Below, piece by piece: positions 1 through 9,046 of a DNA stretch of 52,901 nucleotides (its first letter is position 1; every line of letters begins with the position of its first letter). The notes under the pieces are model-generated. The model saw only the letters and a list, made by a program, of their open reading frames with translations, searched no databases and was not told the origin of the DNA. The translations under genes and the position numbers were made by a program. The DNA is from Candidatus Fimivivens sp. (lineage in GTDB: Bacteria; Patescibacteriota; Minisyncoccia; Moranbacterales; UBA1568): assembly GCA_035560715.1 (NCBI GenBank), contig DATMYW010000030.1, forward strand, positions 1 to 52,901, written 5' to 3'.

Positions 1-94
1 GTGTATTATATACAATATGTCAAGAGGAAAGCCGCAGAATGGCCTCACGAAAAGAAAAACGCCCCCTGCGGGTCGTATTTCTTTCCTTTCAATG

Positions 95-165
95 TCGGGC
101 CGCCGGGAATCGAACCCGGACTACATGCACCCCATGCATGCGTACTACCACTATACTACGGCCCG
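95..165 (-). tRNA. tRNA-Pro (anticodon GGG), 71 nt, CCA not encoded
   Basis: Minus-strand read folds as a cloverleaf: acceptor CGGGCCG/CGGCCCG, D arm GTAT-AGTGGTA-GTAC, anticodon arm CATGC-ATGGGGT-GCATG, 4-nt variable loop, T arm CCGGG-TTCGATT-CCCGG, discriminator A. Confidence 0.9.
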
Positions 166-360
166 GAGTCCCGTGCCGTACGGCACGGGACGAAGCCCTG
201 CGCATGCAGGGCGAATCATCCTCTCCCCTCCCCCGTATAATCGCGGGATGCGATTACAGGGCATGCTTTCGACTCATTCTTCTGTTTCTTCGTAACTCGT
301 GAACCCGTTATCAAAATGACTCCTTTCTTTGACTTTCGACGTTCGGACTTGTGGCTTGGA

Positions 361-1005
361 CTATTCCAGTATGCCGTCGAGGTTCACGTCGTACAGGATC
401 GCTTCCTGCAGATGGCGATACCTGAGGATCTCCTTCCCGTCGAACCAGATCGGGATTTCCTTCTCCGCCTCGTCGACATTGCCGGACGCATGAATCAGAT
501 TCCGGATCGACCTGCTGTCGACGTCGGAAATCTGATACGAATCGACGGTGAAGTCCCCTCTGATAGTTCCTACGTCACTCGACATCGGTTCGGTCGATCC
601 GGTAATCTTGCGTACGACCCCGATAGCACCGTTCCCCTCCCAGACCATGGCAACGACCGGTCCGGCGGAAAGATACGTCGCGTTCGCCTTCAGAATCGCA
701 AGTCCGTTCTCACGGTACGTGGAGAAGGGCGATTTCTGACCTTTCTTCGCATACGCCGCCGCGGCTTTTTCTCCGACGGCCTCAAGCCATTCCTCGCCGC
801 CGACCATGTAGTGTTTGGTTGCCATCTCGGGCGTCGGGATGAGCATTTTCGTGGCGACGAGCTTGAGTCCGGTCCGCTCGTACCGGCGGATGATCTCGCC
901 GACGAGCGACCGCTGAATGCCGTCCGGCTTGATGATGACCAGTGTCCGCTCCTTCTTCGGATGTGCGTTCTCCATAACGTCGGGATAAGGATACATTCCT
1001 TCCAT
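361..1005 (-). CDS. ndk: nucleoside-diphosphate kinase, long form
   Basis: ORF 361..1065. Motifs ERTLVIIKPDG, TIRGDF, NLIHASG. Start placed at ATG 1005 because the upstream gene ends at 1038. ATG 975 is equally possible. Confidence 0.8.
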   Translation of the reverse strand: MEGMYPYPDVMENAHPKKERTLVIIKPDGIQRSLVGEIIRRYERTGLKLVATKMLIPTPEMATKHYMVGGEEWLEAVGEKAAAAYAKKGQKSPFSTYRENGLAILKANATYLSAGPVVAMVWEGNGAIGVVRKITGSTEPMSSDVGTIRGDFTVDSYQISDVDSRSIRNLIHASGNVDEAEKEIPIWFDGKEILRYRHLQEAILYDVNLDGILE

Positions 1006-1037
1006 TGATATCACGAAAGCCGTTTCAAGGCAATAAA

Positions 1038-1898
1038 TCACCTCGTAGAACCGGAAAAGACGCACCCTTTGATCGCCGCTGCACAGCGATATCCGATATC
1101 CCCGGACATATCCGTACGGCGGATCAAGGCACCGACTTCCGAGACCCTGGAAATGACTTCCGGCGACGGATGGCCGTAGGAATTTTTTCCGACCGAAATA
1201 ATCACCTCCTTCGGCCTGACCAGGGAGAGGAATTTCTCGCTTGAGGAATTTTTCGATCCATGATGGGACAACTTGAGGACTTCGGTCTCAGAAACATTTG
1301 AAAGAAACGACTCCTCTTTCGGCAAGTCTCCGGCCAAGAGGAAGTCCGTCTCGCCGTACGAAAACCGGGTCGCGACACTTCCCTCGTTCGATTCCGCGTT
1401 GGCCGGAAGATTTCCATGCGGATACAGTACACGGAGCGTCCCTCCCTCGGGAAGCGACACCGAAAGACCCTCCGTCGCGACGATTCTCTCAGGAGGGTCG
1501 GTTCCCTCGTTCAGCCGATCACCGAGGAGCTTGAAAATATCGGAGGAAGACACGGCGCCGGTCGACACGAACTCACGTACCCGATAGTTGCCGATCAGGT
1601 CCGGAAGTCCGCCGATATGGTCCGCATCGGGATGTGTCATGATGACCGTCTCGATGGTCCGGTCCCAGAACGGAACGTACCGGGACAGCCGCGAAAGCAG
1701 CAGCTTTCCGCTCCGACCACCGTCGATCAGGATCTGGTTCCCGCCCTGCGTGATGAGTATCGCGTCTCCTTGGCCGACATCGAGGAACACGACCCGCGTC
1801 TCCCGCGCGTTATTCCGCGCCCAGACGGAAAACACTCCACCGACGAGCACGGAGAGCACGAGAACGATAAATATCGTACGAAAAAGTATCTGCCGCAT
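1038..1898 (-). CDS. membrane-anchored metallo-beta-lactamase-fold protein, equivalent to the ComEC C-terminal domain
   Basis: N-terminal TM helix (IFIVLVLSVLVGGVF). Motifs VVFLDVGQGDAILI, HPDADHIGG and LKLSHHGS are typical of the ComEC/Rec2 MBL domain. Confidence 0.8.
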   Translation of the reverse strand: MRQILFRTIFIVLVLSVLVGGVFSVWARNNARETRVVFLDVGQGDAILITQGGNQILIDGGRSGKLLLSRLSRYVPFWDRTIETVIMTHPDADHIGGLPDLIGNYRVREFVSTGAVSSSDIFKLLGDRLNEGTDPPERIVATEGLSVSLPEGGTLRVLYPHGNLPANAESNEGSVATRFSYGETDFLLAGDLPKEESFLSNVSETEVLKLSHHGSKNSSSEKFLSLVRPKEVIISVGKNSYGHPSPEVISRVSEVGALIRRTDMSGDIGYRCAAAIKGCVFSGSTR

Positions 1899-1994
1899 AC
1901 GAAACCATTATCGCATACCTTGAGACCGTTGACATCGGCGGAACCGCGTGGTATCAAGAATCATCCTTTTATAAGAAAAAACGGGAAATCAATC

Positions 1995-2840
1995 ATGGCC
2001 GAAAACGATACCGCCTCATCCATCATTCTCGGAGCCCTGAAAAACGTGCTCCGATTCAGAAATTCCATCTTTGTCACCAAACTCAGCGGATCGGTCGTGG
2101 ACCACGAAGACCGACTCGCGCCGATTCTGAAAGATATCGATCTCCTCTCACGGATCGGGATCAGGCAGATTGTCGTCCATGGAGCGGGCAACGCCATAAG
2201 TACGGCGATGAAGTCGGCAGGACTCGACCCGGTATTCCTCGAAGGGAAACGGGTCACGGACGAGAGAGTGATGCGGATCGTCCAGGACGTTCTCACGGAA
2301 ATGAATCGGCGCATCCTGGATTCGGCGGATCATCTCGACAGCCGGTTCGTCGGCCTCGAAGAAAGCGGATGCCGCACGGAGCCCGTCTTCACTGCGGTCC
2401 AGGGAGATCCACGGTTCGGATTCGTCGGAAAGGTCGACAACGTCGATACGCAATGGCTGACGGAAAGACTCGCCTACGGCATGATTCCGGTTTTTCCGTC
2501 ATTCGCCCGGGGTATGGACGGACAACCGTACAATATCAATGCCGACGACATGGCAAGTGCCATCGCTCTCGCGTTAGGGGCGAAAAAATTGATCTACGTA
2601 AGCGATGTCCCCGGCGTCATGGATGGGGACCGATTGATCGGAACGCTCGACAAGCGGTCGTCCGAGGACCTCATCGCGCAGGGCGTCATTTCCGGCGGCA
2701 TGATACCGAAAGTCCGATCGATTTTCGAAACGATCGGGAGCGGCGTGCAAAACGTGCATCTGGTCGATGGAACCAAGGATCGCTCCCTGCTCCTGGAGAT
2801 CATGACCGAAGCCGGTACGGGAACCATGTTCTCCCTCTGA
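1995..2840 (+). CDS. argB: acetylglutamate kinase (amino-acid kinase family)
   Basis: In-frame ATG at 1995 within ORF 1416..2840. Motifs KLSGSV, VVHGAGNAIS, GKRVTDE, NINADD, GGMIPKV, GTGT. The upstream part of the ORF is antisense to the MBL gene. Confidence 0.8.
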   Translation: MAENDTASSIILGALKNVLRFRNSIFVTKLSGSVVDHEDRLAPILKDIDLLSRIGIRQIVVHGAGNAISTAMKSAGLDPVFLEGKRVTDERVMRIVQDVLTEMNRRILDSADHLDSRFVGLEESGCRTEPVFTAVQGDPRFGFVGKVDNVDTQWLTERLAYGMIPVFPSFARGMDGQPYNINADDMASAIALALGAKKLIYVSDVPGVMDGDRLIGTLDKRSSEDLIAQGVISGGMIPKVRSIFETIGSGVQNVHLVDGTKDRSLLLEIMTEAGTGTMFSL

Positions 2841-2866
2841 CGAAACGTCTCATCGACACCGTATGG

Positions 2867-2898
2867 CGCGGAACCGAAAGGTCTCCGCGTCTTTTTTT
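2867..2898. terminator. hairpin plus T7 between convergent argB and comEC
   Basis: CGCGGA-N11-TCCGCG followed by CTTTTTTT. Confidence 0.6.
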
Positions 2899-3036
2899 CC
2901 CCATTCATTCCCCTTTCGCTCCCCTTATTCTCATTTTTCCACCCTCTCTCCATCCACAAAAAAGTATCCTGAAATACGCGACCGCGTATTATGGGACACC
3001 CTTCGCAAAAGGCGCGTCGTGTGTCGGTCTGGTTTT

Positions 3037-4515
3037 TCACTTTTGAAGGACATCCCTTCCGACTTCCGGGACGGTTACTCGTCGTTTCTTGTCGATAATG
3101 AGAAACGTGAGACCGAGCGTGACATACCATACGATCGAGGCCACCCAGCCAAAACCGGTATGGATCATCGCCCTCCGCGAGAGAAGGGCCATGTATTCCG
3201 TACCGAGGATAATCGGACGGATCGCTGCATAGGCTGGAAACGACAGCAGACTTCCGAAGGACGGCACGACCATACCCACCGCCCCAACAAGCGCCGAAAA
3301 AAACATCGCGTACGGCACCAGGGGCAGGATGATCGCGTTTGCGAGAAACGAGACCGGCGAGAACGCGCCGAAGTTCGCGAAGATGACTGGCATGACGAAC
3401 AGGTTCGCACAGAACGTCAGGAGCGCCGCCTCGACGAACAGTCTCCCGTGGGAAACCCATTTCACGATGCGTCCGATATACGGCGACGACAACGCGATGC
3501 CCACCGTGGCCGCGAACGAAAGCAGAAATCCGACATCATGGCGGAGAATGAGCGGATTCAGGACGACCATCACCGACGCGACGATAATGATCGCGTTGAT
3601 CGAAGCATATCGTCGACCGAACCATCCCGCCGATACCAGTGTGGCAGACATGCCGAACGCGCGGACCGCCGAGGCGGGGGCGCCCGAAATAAGCACGAAC
3701 GCCGCCGTCGCGAGCAGGGAAAAAACGGCGGCATGCGGACGCGACAGACACAAGGCGATACCGAGAAGTAGAAAACAACCCGCGATAATCGAGATATTGT
3801 ATCCCGACACCGCGACGACATGCGAGAGTCCGGCGTCGCGGAAATCCGAGACTACCGCGTCCGGCAACTGCCTGCTCCCGCCAACGACAAGCCCGACTGC
3901 CAATCCGGCTTCCGGTTCTGGAAGCGCCCGTGATAGCGCTTCTTTGAACCGTCTGGAAAATCCGAACAACGCGCGCAGGACTGGATATCGAAACCCGGTC
4001 TTCTTCCATGAAGAGACGCGGCATCGGTATGCGACCCTATCCTTCGCGTAGTACATCCGCCACGTCGCATCCGGCGGCTCGACGTCGCATGACAACGTCC
4101 CGGTGTCCCCATACGAGACGTCCGACCGGATGGAAAACGTTCCGAGAACCAATTCCCTGGGACAGGTCGTTTCCTCGGTACACGTATCGAATCGAAAGAC
4201 CGTGACGATCCCCTTCACGTCCGTCTCCGGGTTCCGGACGATGGTTACGGTTCCCGAGACGCTCGCGGCTGGACGTTCGCGGTTCCACGCCGACTCCGCA
4301 CGCGATGAAAACAGAAAACCCGCCGCGAAGGCGAGCATGGAAAGCATGAAGGTCGCACTCCGTCTGCCCGGCCAGATCGAGACCGTCATGATGCCGGCTG
4401 CGAGGGCGAAGAACGGCACGGCCGCCTCGGACGGGAAGAGCGACCCCGCAAAGACACCGGGGATCACGAACGGAAACGCGCGACGGATGCACGATGCGAA
4501 ATCCATTTCAGACAA
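3037..4515 (-). CDS. comEC: ComEC/Rec2 DNA-uptake channel protein (N-terminal and competence domains only)
   Basis: 492-aa polytopic membrane ORF with ComEC-like core (LAVGLVVGGSRQLP, GLSHVVAVSGYNISII). No MBL domain at its C-terminus. Confidence 0.8.
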   Translation of the reverse strand: MSEMDFASCIRRAFPFVIPGVFAGSLFPSEAAVPFFALAAGIMTVSIWPGRRSATFMLSMLAFAAGFLFSSRAESAWNRERPAASVSGTVTIVRNPETDVKGIVTVFRFDTCTEETTCPRELVLGTFSIRSDVSYGDTGTLSCDVEPPDATWRMYYAKDRVAYRCRVSSWKKTGFRYPVLRALFGFSRRFKEALSRALPEPEAGLAVGLVVGGSRQLPDAVVSDFRDAGLSHVVAVSGYNISIIAGCFLLLGIALCLSRPHAAVFSLLATAAFVLISGAPASAVRAFGMSATLVSAGWFGRRYASINAIIIVASVMVVLNPLILRHDVGFLLSFAATVGIALSSPYIGRIVKWVSHGRLFVEAALLTFCANLFVMPVIFANFGAFSPVSFLANAIILPLVPYAMFFSALVGAVGMVVPSFGSLLSFPAYAAIRPIILGTEYMALLSRRAMIHTGFGWVASIVWYVTLGLTFLIIDKKRRVTVPEVGRDVLQK

Positions 4516-4529
4516 CAGTAAACAGAAAT

Positions 4530-4600
4530 CAGATAACAGTTAACTGCGAGAGGACACCATTCTTTCCCCTTGTTCCATGCTCCCTGTTATCTGTTAACTG
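4530..4600. promoter_or_regulatory. pair of related 17-mers in the nrdR-comEC spacer
   Basis: CAGATAACAGTTAACTG (4530..4546) and CTGTTATCTGTTAACTG (4584..4600). The 10-mers are reverse complements and TTAACTG is a direct repeat. Confidence 0.4.
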
Positions 4601-4604
4601 TCGG

Positions 4605-5063
4605 TCACTCGAGGTTCTCGATCGCCTTCTTGAAACTCTTCGCCGAACCGAAGGATTTGTATACGCTCGCGAACCGGAGATACGCGACCTCGTCCACGGC
4701 GCGGAGTTTCTCAAGGATCAGGTTCCCGATCTCCTTGCTGGCTACTTCCGGTTCCCGTTTCGCATGCAGTTCGTATTCGATCTCGTCGAGAATCTTCTCG
4801 ACCTTTTCCTCGCTTCCAGGCCGTTTCTCGAGCGCGCGTCGGAGCCCGACTTCGATCTTCTTCCGGTCATACGGCTCTGTCCGCCCGTCCTTCTTCACGA
4901 CCGTGATACCCATCGTTTCGGCCTCCTCATACGTGCTGAACCGGCCCGAGCACTTTTCGCACTCGCGCCTCCGCCTGATCGCGCGCCCTTCCTTGGTCTC
5001 GCGCGAATCGACTACCTTGGTCTCATCATGCCCGCAATATGGACACCGCATATCCTTGAACAC
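4605..5063 (-). CDS. nrdR: transcriptional repressor NrdR
   Basis: Zinc ribbon CPYCG...CEKC followed by an ATP-cone. GTG start at 5063 has GGAAGGGG 7 nt upstream. ATG 5051 (MRCPYC) is the alternative. Confidence 0.9.
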   Translation of the reverse strand: MFKDMRCPYCGHDETKVVDSRETKEGRAIRRRRECEKCSGRFSTYEEAETMGITVVKKDGRTEPYDRKKIEVGLRRALEKRPGSEEKVEKILDEIEYELHAKREPEVASKEIGNLILEKLRAVDEVAYLRFASVYKSFGSAKSFKKAIENLE

Positions 5064-5165
5064 AAAAACACCCCTTCCGCCACCAATCTACCACACTTCG
5101 ATGACGGTTCAAAATGGAAAGGAGGGCATCGATGCCCTCCTTCATCTACGGACGGTCCGCTCCGA

Positions 5166-6422
5166 CTATTTCTTCATCTTCCGCCGTATGAACGCGGGAA
5201 TCTCGAGGTCATCCCCTTCCTCGACGAATTCCTTCGTCTCGGTCCGGAGCTGGGTGGGAGCCGGCTGAATCTTCTCCTCGATGATCATCGCGGGCTTCTC
5301 CACCATGCGACGAGTGCTCTCGAACGCGGTACGAGAGAAGATGTCCTCGTCGTCGTCCTTGGCCTGGACCGGATCGGGTTCGACGGTCGCGCGGGACACG
5401 GCGGGAGCGGACGGTGCCGACGCGGAACGGGTGACGAACCCGAGCGGCGCCCGCTCCTTGGTACGGTTGGCATCGAATCCGGTCGCGACGACCGTGATCT
5501 GGATATCGCCTTTGTGCACCTGGTCGTCCACGACCGCCCCGAAGATGACCTTCGCATTGGGATCGATGCTCTCGGTGATGATGTTCGCGGCCTCGTTGAT
5601 CTCGAGCATTCCGAGATCGGCCGATCCGGAAATATTGATGAGCACTCCCTTCGCGCCGTCGATGGATAGTTCGAGGAGCGGACTGCTGATGGCCGCGCGG
5701 GCCGCCTCTTCGGCACGGTTCTCACCCGAGGCGATACCGATTCCCATGAGGGCGGAGCCGCTGTCCTCCATGATGGTCCGCACATCCGCGAAGTCCACGT
5801 TGACGATGCCCGGTTTGGTGATGAGGTCGGAAATACCCTGCACGCCCTGACGGAGTACGTCGTCGACGATACGGAACGCGTTGATGAGCGAAACCTTCTT
5901 ATCGATGATGGAGAGCAGTTTGTCGTTCGGGATGGTGATGAGCGAATCCACGCGGTCGCGCAGGTTCGAAAGCGACTCTTCGGCGATCGCACGACGCTGC
6001 GCCCCTTCGAACGTGAACGGCTTCGTCACGATGCCGATGGTGAGCGCGCCGAGTTCTTTCGCCGTCTCGGCGACGATCGGTGCCGCACCGGAACCCGTGC
6101 CTCCGCCGAGCCCGCACGCGACGAACACCATGTCGGCGCCCTTGAGCACTTCCTGGATCTCGTCTCGGTTCTCTTCGGCCGCCTGTCGGCCGATCTCAGG
6201 ATTCATGCCTGCGCCAAGTCCCTTCGTCAGGTTCTTGCCGATGTGGACCTTCTCCGCCGCCTTCGAGTTGTGCAACGCCTGCGCGTCGGTATTGATAACC
6301 ACGAACTCGACACCCTTGATCTTCGAGTCGATCATCCGCGAGACGGCGTTCCCGCCGGCACCGCCGACGCCGACGACCTTGATCTTCGCGAATGTCTCGA
6401 TATCGGGTTTGATTTCTGCCAT
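5166..6422 (-). CDS. ftsZ: cell division GTPase FtsZ
   Basis: VVGVGGAGGNAV and tubulin signature GGGTGSGAAP. Lies downstream of ftsA. Confidence 0.97.
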   Translation of the reverse strand: MAEIKPDIETFAKIKVVGVGGAGGNAVSRMIDSKIKGVEFVVINTDAQALHNSKAAEKVHIGKNLTKGLGAGMNPEIGRQAAEENRDEIQEVLKGADMVFVACGLGGGTGSGAAPIVAETAKELGALTIGIVTKPFTFEGAQRRAIAEESLSNLRDRVDSLITIPNDKLLSIIDKKVSLINAFRIVDDVLRQGVQGISDLITKPGIVNVDFADVRTIMEDSGSALMGIGIASGENRAEEAARAAISSPLLELSIDGAKGVLINISGSADLGMLEINEAANIITESIDPNAKVIFGAVVDDQVHKGDIQITVVATGFDANRTKERAPLGFVTRSASAPSAPAVSRATVEPDPVQAKDDDEDIFSRTAFESTRRMVEKPAMIIEEKIQPAPTQLRTETKEFVEEGDDLEIPAFIRRKMKK

Positions 6423-6562
6423 ACGGAGGGCATGCTAAGGGGATGATCGAAAGGGGTTTGCCCGGCGTTTGTTTTCGAAGTCCTACTGTAGCACGCGGAA
6501 AAAGCGTGTGTCAAGCGGATTTTTACCGATTTTTCTTTGTTTTTCGGTCGTTTCCGTCCTTC

Positions 6563-7843
6563 TCAGTCCAACGGCAAAAACTTCCGCAGGAGTTCCTTCG
6601 TTTTTTTTCCGGCGGAAAGCGCCCATTCCGGAACGGCCCGTTTCGCACCTTCCGTCAGGAATCCGATACCGGCGATATTGCCGCGAGACCGTCCGCGCTC
6701 CCGTGCCAGAAGGACAAGCCCTACGGCGGCAGCGAAGTCGGGACTATCGACCTGATCAAGGATGCCGCCTTGCGGTTTCGGATACCCGATATGCGACGGC
6801 AGGCGAAGGACGTCCTTGGCAAGTTCGACAGATCCGGACAGAAGCGCGCCGCCGCCGCAGAGCACCGCGCCCGCGGGCAGCAGCCCCTCGCGTCCGCATT
6901 TCGCGAGTTCCGAGTTCACGAAACGGAACAGCTCATCCATTCTCGCCTCGACGATCTCGGCGACATCGTGACGTGGAACCGACTCGGACTCGTGCGAATC
7001 GAAACGGGAAAGGTCGATTTCCTCGCGCTTGCCCACGGTGTCCGGCAACGCGGTCCCATATTGGAGCTTCACCTGTTCGGCCGTCTCGATGGAGATACGC
7101 AGACCGATCGCGATGTCGCTCGTCACGTGTGCGCCGCCGACCGGCAGTACCGCGAGGTGGACGAGCTCCCCTTCCTCATACACCGTGACCGAGGTCGTGC
7201 TCCCGCCGATGTCGACCAGCACGACACCGAGCTCTTTCTGCTTCGGATTAAGAACCGCCTCGCCGGCCGCGAGCGGTTCGACCGCATGAAAATCGGGCCG
7301 GATACCGACCTGGTCGAGGATACGGCCGATGCCCTTCATCTGATTCATGCTCGTGCCGACGACGAACGCTTCGGCCTCGAGCCGGACGCCGCGCATGCCG
7401 ACCGGGTCCTTGATGTCCTTCTGGTCGTCGAGCCGGTAGCTCTTGGGAATCACGTGAAGCACCTCGCGGTTCGACGGAAGCATCACGCGCGCCTCGACTT
7501 CCGCCATCGCACGTTCCACATCCTCTTCGGCAACCTCGCCGTCAGGACGACTGACCGCGATGACCCCGAGCGTCTTCTGACAGAAGATGTCCGTGCCGGA
7601 AATACCGACGCCGATCGTGTCGGCCGTCACGCCGGACATGCGCTCCGCGTGCGACACTGCCTTCGCGACCGCTCCCGCGACGGCCGAGGCATCGATGACG
7701 CTTCCGCGCCGCATGCCCTCGGACGGCATCGAGACGGCACCGAGCACGCGGAGCGATTCCTCGCCCGCGAACTCCTGAGCCATGACCGCACGCACCTGCG
7801 ACGATCCAATGTCTATCCCGAGATAATTTACCGTTTTCGCCAT
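6563..7843 (-). CDS. ftsA: cell division protein FtsA
   Basis: Actin-fold motifs GIDIGSSQV and VLVDIGGSTT. Adjacent to ftsZ. Confidence 0.93.
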   Translation of the reverse strand: MAKTVNYLGIDIGSSQVRAVMAQEFAGEESLRVLGAVSMPSEGMRRGSVIDASAVAGAVAKAVSHAERMSGVTADTIGVGISGTDIFCQKTLGVIAVSRPDGEVAEEDVERAMAEVEARVMLPSNREVLHVIPKSYRLDDQKDIKDPVGMRGVRLEAEAFVVGTSMNQMKGIGRILDQVGIRPDFHAVEPLAAGEAVLNPKQKELGVVLVDIGGSTTSVTVYEEGELVHLAVLPVGGAHVTSDIAIGLRISIETAEQVKLQYGTALPDTVGKREEIDLSRFDSHESESVPRHDVAEIVEARMDELFRFVNSELAKCGREGLLPAGAVLCGGGALLSGSVELAKDVLRLPSHIGYPKPQGGILDQVDSPDFAAAVGLVLLARERGRSRGNIAGIGFLTEGAKRAVPEWALSAGKKTKELLRKFLPLD

Positions 7844-8052
7844 ACGGACACTCGGAGAATTTCCTCCCCCGCAAAGACTTTCTGTTTATGCATGATAGTA
7901 TACCCCGAAAACGGGCGAAAGACAAAACGAACGAACGAACGAACGGATATGAGAAAGAAGACTGAATCTTCGGAAAAAGCTCGGCCTTCGGAGCTGCCGA
8001 TCAGGATGAGGAAAAGAAGAAAAACTCAAATCGCCTTCCCTAGGATGAGGAA

Positions 8053-8118
8053 AATAAAAAAAAGAGGAGGGACTGTGCGGTACTCCGGTCGATTTGACCG
8101 CGACAGTCCTTTTCCTCT
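8053..8118 (-). terminator. intrinsic terminator of the small ORF
   Basis: Minus strand shows GGACTGTCGCGGT-N15-ACCGCACAGTCC followed by TCCTCTTTTTTTTATTTT, about 45 nt after the stop. Confidence 0.65.
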
Positions 8119-8163
8119 TACCAGCATAGCCGGGCATATTTTGGCAGCTGGATTCTCTTGCCC

Positions 8164-8316
8164 TCAATATCCGGTCACTTCCGGCGACTCACAGCAGCCA
8201 CCTCCATCGGCTGCCGGGCAATCAGGCGAAATCAGGCCGTTGATCGGGTCGCTGCCGCTGCAAAATACTTCCGGATTCCTCGAGCGGCTCTCGACTTCCT
8301 TGGTTGGGACGTCCAT
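8164..8316 (-). CDS. 50-aa acidic Cys-rich peptide (not in the ORF track)
   Basis: Hand translation: MDVPTKEVESRSRNPEVFCSGSDPINGLISPDCPAADGGGCCESPEVTGY. SD GGAAGGA lies 8 nt before the ATG. It has its own promoter and terminator. Confidence 0.55.
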   Translation of the reverse strand: MDVPTKEVESRSRNPEVFCSGSDPINGLISPDCPAADGGGCCESPEVTGY

Positions 8317-8392
8317 AGTCACCATCCTTCCTTTTGAAAAGTTTACGAGACTTCAGTACGAAAAACTGTTAAACGAACCAGCCTTCGGGAAC

Positions 8393-8422
8393 AGTATAAG
8401 TCAGGACGGATTTTCCTGTCAA
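8393..8422 (-). promoter_or_regulatory. sigma70-type promoter of the small ORF
   Basis: Minus strand TTGACA (8422..8417), 18 nt, TATACT (8398..8393). Confidence 0.55.
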
Positions 8423-8489
8423 ACCTCCGTTTTTCTATGTTCCTAAGTTTGGACCTTGGATTTCAAGATCCGACCTTGGGAACACTATC

Positions 8490-8513
8490 AAAAAGACGAG
8501 GCATGCCTCGTCT
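8490..8513 (-). terminator. terminator after dgkA
   Basis: Perfect palindrome AGACGAGGC-AT-GCCTCGTCT, followed on the minus strand by TTTT. Confidence 0.7.
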
Positions 8514-8547
8514 CTACGGATTTCGGTCGGGAGATGTCGGGCCGATT

Positions 8548-8907
8548 TTACGGAAACAGCGCCACGAGGTGCGGCACGAAGACGACGAGTCCGACGAGTG
8601 TCGCGGCGACGGACGCGATCAGGACCGCTCCGGCGGTAAGGTCCTTGATGACCCGCACGCTCTCGTGATACTGCGGATTCAGCACGTCCATCAGGCGCTC
8701 AAAGCAGGTGTTCACGATCTCAAGCGGCAGGATGACGCCGATCGCCAGAAAGACGACCGCGCGTTCCGAAACCGTAAGCGGCAAGAGGAACGAGAGGATG
8801 ATCGACATGGCTCCCAGTATGAACTCGATGCGGAGATTGCGCTCCGTCGAGAACGCGCTGCGGATCCCGTCAATCGCATGGCGGAAACTCTTCGCGAACT
8901 TGGTCAT
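8548..8907 (-). CDS. dgkA: diacylglycerol/undecaprenol kinase family protein
   Basis: 119 aa with three TM segments. N-terminus FRHAIDGIRSAF is typical of prokaryotic DAGK. Confidence 0.8.
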   Translation of the reverse strand: MTKFAKSFRHAIDGIRSAFSTERNLRIEFILGAMSIILSFLLPLTVSERAVVFLAIGVILPLEIVNTCFERLMDVLNPQYHESVRVIKDLTAGAVLIASVAATLVGLVVFVPHLVALFP

Positions 8908-8994
8908 AAAAAAATCGTTACGGTTTCTTCCCTATTCTACAGCAGGAACGATTCCGTTCCAATCGGGTCTTTTGGGCAAAGCGTTCCCCGGAAA

Positions 8995-9026
8995 GGAAGT
9001 CCGACTCCCATGGGAGTCGGACTTCC
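8995..9026. repeat. 32-nt perfect palindrome, copy 1
   Basis: GGAAGTCCGACTCCC-AT-GGGAGTCGGACTTCC, downstream of ybeY. Confidence 0.9.
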
Positions 9027-9046
9027 GAGAGCGACAGGAAACAAGA

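Noticed and set aside
316-1008. Plus-strand ORFs antisense to ndk. Similar cases: 5281..5850, 9104..10396, 10794..12026, 13157..14170(-), 23530..24912, 31095..32255, 33117..34286, 43193..44365
   Set aside because: Each is the mirror frame of a gene with strong family motifs. They are GC-driven open frames.
7927-7946. Tetranucleotide repeat (ACGA) about 5 copies upstream of ftsA
   Set aside because: It is short, outside any CDS, and lies about 55 nt upstream of the candidate ftsA -10. It is too short to argue for phase variation.
6443-8446. 667-aa plus-strand ORF
   Set aside because: It is antisense to ftsA for most of its length, then runs through the ftsA-dgkA spacer. It has no motifs and no start context.
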